A stretch of 64,000 nucleotides of DNA from NCBI RefSeq assembly GCF_008831285.2, contig NC_045138.2, forward strand, positions 26,846,001-26,910,000, given 5' to 3'. A program made the translations under genes and the position numbers. Below are positions 55,746 to 64,000 of the stretch, in pieces. The stretch is from Nymphaea colorata (taxonomy: Eukaryota). The notes under the pieces were generated by a model, which worked only from the letters and a program-made list of their open reading frames with translations, did not search any database and was not told the origin of the DNA. Numbering within the stretch: position 1 is the stretch's first letter; every line of letters begins with the position of its first letter.

Positions 55746-56240
55746 CGGTTGGAGCAGATCTCATGTACTTCAAGTTCGTGATCATGGCATGTAGCTCAGG
55801 AAAACAAATGGTGGTGCTTGGAACTCGATTTCTTCGTCTTTGTATTAGGTAATAAGTAAAAGGTCTCTGATCGTCATAATTTCAGACAAAGAAAGGTCAG
55901 ATGCCAAGCACTTCATATCTGTAACTCAATCCCACCACAGGGCAAAGGGCAAACGTTCAGCCTTTCTTCTTCCTACTTCGAACCTTCTCAGAACCATGCA
56001 TCATATCGAATTTTTACTTGTAATTGGATTCAGAGTTAATTTGAGTTGAATTCAAAGGCAAAGCTGCTTACAAGGACCTTAGTTTCAGCTCTTGTCAAAT
56101 ACAAAATGCATATCTGAACCACAGGAGTTGGGTAAACATCCGTTCGTCATTAAACAAATCTTTAACGCTGATATCTCCAATACATATCTCACTTTTTCTT
56201 TTTTTTTCACTTGATCTTCCAAACGACTATGTTGAGAGGA
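55746..56240 (-). pseudogene. CDS-less relic of the LRR-RLP tandem unit (3' flank joined to 5' leader/promoter block)
   Basis: gttggagcagatctc..tgtactt (55748) matches the RLP 3' flank (56268). aaatggtggtgcttggaactc (55807) matches the RLP leader (57216). 55998-56240 matches the upstream blocks 57585-57820 and 59230-59430. Confidence 0.6.
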
Positions 56241-56298
56241 AATCACTTAGGTTACACAATCCTTTCAGTTGGAGCAGATCTCTATTCAAAATTTGTAC

Positions 56299-57072
56299 TT
56301 ACTTCTTATAGATCAACCAAACAAATGAGCAAACCAGCATCAAAACAATGACAAAGAGCAGAAAAATGAAGAGGAATACACCAAGAGCTCTAGAATCTAT
56401 AACACGGGTTTGCTTCTTCGAGTTACATTTTGCTAAGGGAGACCCGCAGAGCCCTTCATTATTTGCAAAATTCTCAGGAGGTTGAGGGTTCGCGAATGGA
56501 GGAATATTCCCCGTTAATTTGTTACCTGCAACGCTGAAAGTCTTGAGCCGCCTTAGCTGCCCAATTCCACTGGGAATTTCGCCGGTTAACTGGTTGCCAT
56601 CCAACTTGAGAACGTTGAGATAAACACAATTCTTAAGATCATCGGAGAGTTCACCAGTAAACTTGTTCTTGGACAGGTCTAATGCAGTCAATACTCCCAC
56701 ATAATGTGAAATATCAGTGGGCAAGGGCCCCGAAAGCTGGTTGTCTGAAAGATCCAACCCTGTCATGCTGGTACACTTCGCTAGACCAATGGGGAACGGC
56801 CCTTGGAGGCCCATGGAGGACAGTCTTATGTTGAGGATTCTGTTCTCGTTTGGGTGCCAACACTCTACACCAACGAAGTTGCAGATGTATCCTTCTGAAT
56901 TGTTCTGAAATTTCCAGGACGCCAAAGAGTTGTTGGGGTCGTCTAAAGATTGTTGCAGGGATTTCAGGCAGTCTATATCAGATTGAGTGCAATGGCAGTT
57001 ATGTATGCTCATCAACAAAATTACCACAATAAATAGAGAACACATTCGTCTATGTTTGGCTTCCACCATCAT
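56299..57072 (-). CDS. BIR1-derived LRR receptor-like protein lacking the kinase domain, about 257 aa
   Basis: Intronless ORF from the first ATG at 57072 (the ORF-track start 57153 is GTG). Signal peptide, LRRNT and LRRs are colinear and highly similar to BIR1 exon 1. They are followed by a TM helix (LGVFLFIFLLFVIVLMLVCSFVWLI) and a YKK-stop tail. No kinase exon is recognisable downstream. Confidence 0.85.
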   Translation of the reverse strand: MMVEAKHRRMCSLFIVVILLMSIHNCHCTQSDIDCLKSLQQSLDDPNNSLASWKFQNNSEGYICNFVGVECWHPNENRILNIRLSSMGLQGPFPIGLAKCTSMTGLDLSDNQLSGPLPTDISHYVGVLTALDLSKNKFTGELSDDLKNCVYLNVLKLDGNQLTGEIPSGIGQLRRLKTFSVAGNKLTGNIPPFANPQPPENFANNEGLCGSPLAKCNSKKQTRVIDSRALGVFLFIFLLFVIVLMLVCSFVWLIYKK

Positions 57073-58100
57073 CACGAATGCAACAAGACCCTTTTCTTCT
57101 TCTTCTTTTCTTCTTCTTCTTCTTCTTCTTCTCCTTCCTTCTCCTACATGCACACTTATCCCAACTAGCGTTCGTTCATCACAGTCACGAAGCGGAAAGA
57201 ATGGTTTTGGTAGGAAAATGTTGGTGCTTGGAACTCAATTCTTTCATCTTTTTATTCTCCAAAAGTGCAAGTCATATTTATGATAGACAGTTGACATGTC
57301 AAGGACGCCTGTCCCTAACTCATCCCCACCATGTGGAAAACGGCAAACTTTCAGTCATTCTGCTTCTTCCTCCGAACTCCGAGCCGTGCCGTTCAAGTTG
57401 GTCTGTCTTGGTCCTCTTGGACTTGGTCACCAAAAATTTCAAAATTTTCATTGATGTGCTTTCACTTCCTGCCAAAGCTTAGGAATGCGAACAGTTTAGA
57501 TTCATATTGGACCCAAGCGGCTACCAAATCCAACTTGAACCTGAGGTGGACCAGCAAGCGGATGTTTCCGGGCTCCATTGATAATCCTCATATCGAATTT
57601 TCACGTGTATACTGGATTCAGATTTCGTTTGATCTTGAATTAAGACGCAAAGCGGCTTATAAGGACCTTAATTTTAACTTTTTCAGGTATAAAAATCATA
57701 TCTGTGGCTGAGTAATTGGTTTTTTTTGTTTGGCTGGTAATTTAACCAATGACATCTCTAATACCATTCTCAACTTTTTTCTGTCCATTTGTTTTTCTAA
57801 CGGACTATGTTAGAGAGGGATGTTTTCTTTTTCTCAAGAAACTTGTGATATACTTGTTAGATCAAATTCGATGATATGGCAAATGTTCTTTTTATCAGGT
57901 ATGTCACCATAAAAAGTATACTTCCACAATAACCAAAAGTTTGAGGTTTGAGGTTATGACGCTTTGAAAATATTAGATTAGACATTGATATTTTGCAGTG
58001 AAATAACATTGGATTTTTTGGGCACATTTTCTCTTCTATTGATGTGAAGAGATGAAGAGATGATTTTATAAAGACTTTAATGATGCCCATGAATTTCAAG
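57048..58100. repeat. Segmental duplication unit A (RLP 5' end and upstream region); paralogous to 58620-59700
   Basis: Colinear matches at 57048-57265/58620-58850, 57432-57720/59073-59365 and 57860-58100/59465-59695. Confidence 0.85.
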
Positions 58101-58414
58101 AAATAATGGGAATTTCTAATCCTTGTTAGAGATCTCTCAACGGGGTCGGCGCAATGGATGGAGTAAAGGCTGTAGTCACTAGTCTTCGTTTCGATCTTCA
58201 AGACATCAACTCTTTGTACTACTAAAAAGTGGTCAACTACTGTGAAGTTGAAGGGTGGCGGATGTAACACCAAAATCAGACTTTGTATCTTAGAGGGACC
58301 AAGGGTTGAGTGAGAATTTTAGCTCTTATATGTGTAATACAATGAAATAATGTTTGAATAAACGCGAGGGGGCAAGGAGACGGGACCTCAATTCTCCTCC
58401 AAGAAGGAAATGTT

Positions 58415-58597
58415 TCAAACAGCAAGAACAAGGAACTAACCATTTTGTGAGCTCCTTGGACAGGCTTCGGTTACGCCCGGACGAAGTAGCCTCACGAGTG
58501 AACGACAATAAAATGTCCACAAAAACCAGCTTTGATGAATAGGAAAACAGAAGCGAAGCCAAATATACAGAAAATGTTTGGTCGATCTGTATGTCAT
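58415..58597 (-). pseudogene. Decayed duplicate of the last two TMEM258 exons and the adjacent intron end
   Basis: Matches 60541-60850 (REATSSGRNRSLSKELT versus YEATSSRRNRSLSKELT). The acceptor CAG is mutated to CAC, a deletion removes the last intron with flanking exon sequence, and a 19-nt deletion precedes the stop (tcaaac|agcaag). Confidence 0.85.
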
Positions 58598-58598
58598 A

Positions 58599-59700
58599 AT
58601 CAATCCAAGAAGAACCACTTCTATGCTTGGCTTCCATCATCATTATCAATCCAAGATGACCCACTTTTATACTTGGCTTCCATCATCATAATCAGTTCAA
58701 GAAGACCCACTTCTTCTTCTTCTTCTTCTTCTAGACACCCATTTATCCCAACGCGTTTTTGTTGGTCAGCGTCACGAAGCTGGAAATTTTGTTTTAGTAG
58801 GAAAATGGTGGTGCTTGGAAGTCAATTTCTTCAATTTTTATTCATCAAAAGCTCTCTGCTGACTTTGTTCCAGGGCGGGCCAAGTAGTTTAACCTCGGAT
58901 TTGAGTAGGGTCAAACTGAACCCAAATAAAAAAAATACATTGCACAACTAACAATTTTTTATTTTTCTAATGTAATTTTTTTTTTTAGGTTAGTTAGGTT
59001 GGGGCCATGGCCTAGGCAGCCCCTCCCCTCCCTCCGCTCTGTCCGAGTCATGATTTTGCTTAAATTTCTGTCAAAATTCTAAAATTTTCTCTGATGTGAT
59101 TTCGCTTCCTACCAAACACTGGGGATTTGAACGGTTTGGACTCGTATTAGATCCAAGCTTTATGAAATAAAACTTAAACTAAACGAAACCTGCAAGTGGA
59201 TATTTCCGGACTCCATCGACAGATAAGTCTCAGATCCAATTTTCACATGTAACTGGGCTCAAATTTCATGAACTTGAATTCAGATGCAAAGGTGCTTAGA
59301 AGGACTTTAATTTTAACTCTGTCTGGAGTAAAATCTAAATCCAAATCTGAATCTGAGTAATTGGGTTTAAATTTGGCTGGCTTTTTTTTTTTTTTTTGGG
59401 ATCTTCTAAAGGGCTATGTTGAGAGAGACACACACATTTTCCTTTTTCTCGAGAAAATTTGTGATAAAATTCGATGATATCGCGGGTGTTCTTTTATCAG
59501 GTATGTCATCGTAAAACTGATATTTCCGCAAAAAATCGGAAGTTTTGATTATGGCGCTTTGAAAAATATTACGCTAGGCGTTGAGGACTTTGCAATAAAA
59601 TAACAAGACAGCAATTTTTTAGGCACAGTTTCATCCTTGATTTATATGAAGAGATTTTTTCCTAAAGGCTGTTAATTAACACCCATTAATTTCAAAACAC
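58599..59700 (-). pseudogene. Third BIR/RLP unit: upstream block plus 5' leader and start codons only (duplication unit B)
   Basis: Homologous to 57048-58100. The start region (ELIMMMEAK) sits in about 2.5 tandem ~46-47-bp repeats starting at 58599, 58646 and 58691. No LRR coding sequence follows. Confidence 0.75.
58871..59041. mobile_element. MITE-like insertion (~170 bp)
   Basis: Imperfect terminal inverted repeats CAGGGCGG ... CCGCTCTG around an AT-rich core. It occupies the interval where unit B stops aligning with unit A. No clear TSD. Confidence 0.5.
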
Positions 59701-60540
59701 AATTTCTGCATCCTTAAAACAAAGGATTCAAAACCTTGGTAGAAACCACCGATCCAAGATCTTGAAATCTAAAATCTTAAATCACCGCATCCAAACACAA
59801 ACTGTTTGATAGTTCCAGCATGTTGTCTGTGGTAATGTTTTATGCATTAGGTGTGGCAAGAAAATAGTATGACCAAAGCGAGATTATTTTGCGTCTGATG
59901 GCCATAGACAAGATGTCCTTAACAATTAGTCATGTGTTTCGTGAAAGAGTGCCTTCAAATCCATGGAAACAATAGTTAAAAACTTAAAATACTTCCAATG
60001 AGAAGCTCGTACTTTGCGATTCACAGTTTCCGTTAAAGAGTACCCTCATAACATGGAAACATTTGACAAACCAAAAGAGAAAAGATGCATTCGTATTTAC
60101 AGTTTGTACAGCGACTGAACTTTCTCGTACTCCTAACTCTCCCATTCGTATCGCCAAAAAGCAAGGACCAAACAGGAAGGAGCAATGAGACAGGGCCTCT
60201 CTCCCTCTCTATCTCTAGATTTCCTTTTGCCTATCATCCATGATCAAAACAGCCGCCCCTATCAAGGTTACAAAGCTTTTAGAGATTATGCCTGTTTAGG
60301 TCCACTAAGGCTCAAATGTTGAACAAAAGTCGCGGCTATGTTCAGACCAAATAGAGAATACAGCCTCACATCTTTGACAATAATAAACGTTGTTCAGGTC
60401 CGATGAACGAGTTCAGAATTTCAGAGAGAGGAAAAGAGAAATCCAAAATTTGTCTAGCGCTATCTATTGCAATAACTTTATGTAGTATTCAAACTCATCA
60501 TCCTACATGTCCAACAAACTTCATTTCATGCAAAAAAGGT

Positions 60541-63500
60541 TCAAACATACACTCCTGAAGCCAAGAGCAAGAACAAGGAACCAAAACCCTGCAAGTAAAA
60601 ACGAAGGAAGACATGAGTTCAAAGACATAAATACCACATACAGCAGCAAACCCATGAAAGCTTCCAATAACCTACCAAGAATAGAGAAGCCACAGCACCA
60701 GTTGTGAGCTCCTTGGACAGACTTCGATTACGCCTGGATGAAGTAGCCTCATAACTGAACGACAAAAAAATAATGTCCATAAGAACCAGATTGATTTATA
60801 GGAAAACAGAAATGAAGGCAAAAATAAGGAAAATATTTTATTGTTCCGTGTATCTATTTCCGAGAAAACTTAATGCAACCAAATGCTTCAACTCATTCAG
60901 CATGTTGAATAGAAAACGATGACGACACCCATTTGCAATAATTTTAGAAGCTAATTTTCAAACAGAAAGCAGTAAAGCACACAGCAACTCATACTTTGAA
61001 GGCTTTTAAGAGACACGTACTAGAAATTTCACCAACAATCCTTAGAGCAGGCATACATGTCAAAGCACAGGACAAAGACAGGATTGATCACCCCAGTTGA
61101 TACTCAGAAACCTATGGATAGCTTTAAAAATTTAAAAACTTTAAAAAATAGCATTAAAAAAAACAAAATAAGTAGGTCTTGGGTGCCTAACAGGGTTCTC
61201 GCCCAAGCATGCACTTCAAGGTGCCAGACCTGCACCTGGGCAGCCCTTTGGAGGTGCCTAGGCACAGATTCAACCTATATAGCAGATATCACAGCCTCAG
61301 GTCAGAGATCAATTAAATATCCTATAATCCGTTTCGAAAGGAATGCTAATTCATCTAGGCAGCCCTCCGGAGTATGGATTGCACACCCCTCAACTAGGAA
61401 AATATCCTATGAGAAAAATACATGTTTCAAAAGGACTAATAGTTCATTGACAAGAAGAAATCGGGCATGTGACAGGAAGTCAAGGAAAAAGAAGCACAAG
61501 GCAGCATTAGCAACCATCCTAATCTCAGATTCTTAAGTTATAACTAAAGCAGTGCTCGCCAGCTGTCACCGAAATCCACTTGCAAGCCTACTAAGACTGC
61601 TTCCTTAACAGTTAAGTTCGATGCAGCATGCTTCTATCTCAGCCAGCACAAGGCCCTATCTTTTATGGTTGCACGTTTCAGAGAAGCATTTGATGCTTTT
61701 AAACCAACCAACACAACCAAGCTAAGAGGTATCACCATGGCCTGGATGATCTTCCAGACCATAACCATAGGTTTGGTCCAAGGGCTCAAAAGTAGTTTTG
61801 CTTATATAAGTAGCACTGCACCAGGCTCGCTTGTTAGTCAAGTCATGGCAAACAAGAAGGACTCCATTTTTGTCATAAAAACCAAGGAAATTAATCACCT
61901 ATCAAAAACACATCACAGAAATATGGCCAGACACCGGCAAATAAGGTTCCAACCAAAACTAGCTTTTCAATCACTCTTCCAGAACAGAATTTATGTATAG
62001 GCAGTCAAACTATATGGGGAGCTCAAATCTTCTTGTGCATGAAATGTTTCCAGCCAAAATTATAGAAAAAGATTCCCATGAAAAATAAAGTAAAATAAAA
62101 ACTTATAATGTGAAACCATATAACTAAACTAGCTCCAGTTGCACCTCAAACTGAAAAAAAATCAACATCATCAAGAGCATCATATAGATACTTCATCTTC
62201 AACTCCTGTTTTTTAAATCAACAAATAAAAATGTGTCTCTCTTTCTGTGTGTCTATGTGTAGAGAGAGAGAGAGAGAGAGAGAGAGTCAAATATACAGCA
62301 AACCCATGAACCAGATAAGCAGCATTTTGTCACGAGGAAGAAAGAAAATATGAAAAAAATTATTCACACAAAAAGCAAAAAAAAAAACGGATATGTGAAG
62401 TTCTGAAAATAAAATATAATAGGGTATAAAATAAAAAAAAAATCCCCCTAACTGGGGCAACTAGATAGTATAACGAGTAGATTAATTCAATAAACGCAAA
62501 AGCACATCAAGGTATCAATCAAATATTATCAAATTTTTAACATGTTCTTCCATCTTTTTGCTTGCTTGATTGCACAAGCATGAACCATGAGAACTACCAA
62601 AATGTATCGCTATAGTATAAAACAATGGAGCTTTCGAATTAAAAAACAAGAAATTAGTAACACAAGAATGAGCCAGGTACCCTTTCAGGCTTTCAGCAGG
62701 ATCTATCCCAGACATGCAGTCCCATTACAGGCTCAAGCCTTGACCACCTCTGAGAAAGAATCCTCATGTTGTATTACCATTAACAATTAAGGCCAGCCTA
62801 CAAACTCCACACAAGTCTTATCTGCACATACCAGACGCCAGAAACTATTTCCAAATGTATATACGGACTTTGTACTTTGACTTGAACTATAATCTGCTAT
62901 GCATACTCTGTTACACAATCTTACACTCAAGATTCAATGAGCACTCAAATAGGCCATTTCCTCTAACCAAGCATGGTCAACAGCCAGAAAGATACTCCAC
63001 GAGGAAGTGAGCATTGGACTCTTACTGTCAGACCTTGTTTTTCCAGGAAACAAGGTCCGTCTTTCAGAAATGAAACTCCATCTTTAAAGCGTATGCAGAT
63101 TAGAAACAACTTTACAGTGTGAGATGCCTATGCTGGACAACATAAGTTTCATCAGCTGATCTTCACTGACATTCCTCCTTCACGCTTAACAAAGAATAAT
63201 GCAAGAGAAGATGATGCTTTCCAGCAAAGAAGGACAAAATTTTTAAGAAAACACATAGTCCTCAAAGAATAAGCGTAACATAGCTAAGGTTCAGAATTTG
63301 TCTCACTTCTCCTATCTCTTATCCTGTTAGTATGTTGGATACATAAACTGCGATCATCAACTGCCGGGGACAACAATTAATCATTCACAAAATAAAAGGT
63401 TCTCATAACACAAAAAGGATCAAAGTTTAAAAAAAACAAAGACGAACGTTCAAAGGAAATTTAACCATCAACTAAAGCTGGATCTAGAATCAAAAGTGCT

Positions 63501-64000
63501 TCAACATCTAACTTGACTTCCGTATCTGATCCAGCAAAGGACCAAAATTTGCTAATGATTCCACACTCCAATCCAAAAGCTGCCTCCACAATTACTAGAA
63601 GCATCAAAATCCAGCAACTCAGGATAGAAAATTATTATAATCAACGAATCAGGTTTATGTATCATCAGATGTTCGCAATTCTCACTTACATGATGAAATC
63701 ATAACTAGAAATGAGCACCCGGCGAAGCACAATATTGATAAAATGTAGAAGATGGAAGGCTATGAAAAACAAAATATTAAAGGTAACAAAAAATTCTCAT
63801 TATAAATTAAAAAAAAAAAACGCAGATAAAAAACATAGATAGCATGCGAAATGCACGCTAAAAGGAATCAAATCAAAGAGAATAACAGGACGGTACATGA
63901 GAACCGAATCAAAGCTTACATGAAAAAGGAAGCGGTGATCATGAGTCCAATCCCCACAAGAAGAACGGCAAGGGCTGGGTACCAGGTGACTGGCACGGGG
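60541..64000 (-). CDS. TMEM258: TMEM258 / oligosaccharyltransferase subunit OST5 homologue (5' end outside the window)
   Basis: Exons >64000-63920, 60754-60676 and 60588-60541 with canonical GT-AG sites and consistent phases. They give PVPVTWYPALAVLLVGIGLMITASFFI|YEATSSRRNRSLSKELTTGAVASLFL|GFGSLFLLLASGVYV*, the two-TM UPF0197/TMEM258 pattern ending GVYV. Confidence 0.9.
61581..61800 (+). mobile_element. Possible degenerate non-LTR (LINE) RNase H fragment in the TMEM258 intron
   Basis: CKPTKTASLTVKFDAACF resembles the plant LINE RNase H start W.PP...K.NFDAA. Downstream, caaggg(--)ctcaaaagtagtt resembles a frameshifted EGDSKVV. Confidence 0.4.
62261..62286. repeat. (AG)n microsatellite in the TMEM258 intron
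   Basis: Read directly. Confidence 0.9.

Noticed and set aside
57073..57153. Poly-Arg N-terminal extension (MHVGEGRRRRRRRRRKEEEEK) of the RLP ORF
   Set aside because: It starts at GTG and is the translation of a (GAA)n leader microsatellite; the first ATG is at 57072.
58599..58715. CRISPR-like short repeats
   Set aside because: Eukaryotic context, head-to-tail repeats with no unique spacers, and no cas genes.
6298..64000. Functional cluster of secretory-pathway genes (RHD3, TM9SF, TMEM258, secreted AO, receptors)
   Set aside because: The genes are unrelated families with no shared pathway or regulatory evidence in the sequence; co-location is most simply ordinary synteny.

Overview
This is eukaryotic flowering-plant nuclear DNA: AT-rich, with spliceosomal introns and many microsatellites, so most ORFs in the supplied track are spurious or are single exons. 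Six genes can be reconstructed by hand: RHD3/atlastin-like GTPase (+, 22 coding exons, 818 aa), an intronless class II phospholipase A1 (+, 415 aa), a TM9SF/endomembrane protein 70 (+, 7 exons, 639 aa), L-ascorbate oxidase (-, 5 exons, 578 aa), a BIR1-like LRR receptor-like kinase (-, 2 exons, about 621 aa) and a kinase-less BIR1-derived LRR receptor-like protein (-, about 257 aa). The 3' part of a TMEM258/OST5 gene (-), absent from the ORF track, runs off the right edge. The most interesting region is 49-60 kb, a tandem BIR1-derived array: the full receptor, a unit that has lost its coding sequence, an intact ectodomain+TM-only paralog that has lost three N-glycosylation sequons, and a unit whose start is fused in frame to a decayed copy of the neighbouring TMEM258 exons. 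Three different genes each need a GC-AG intron. Decayed copia RT, LINE RNase H and MITE-like remnants and several local tandem duplications are also present. All calls come from manual reading and translation; no searches were run.
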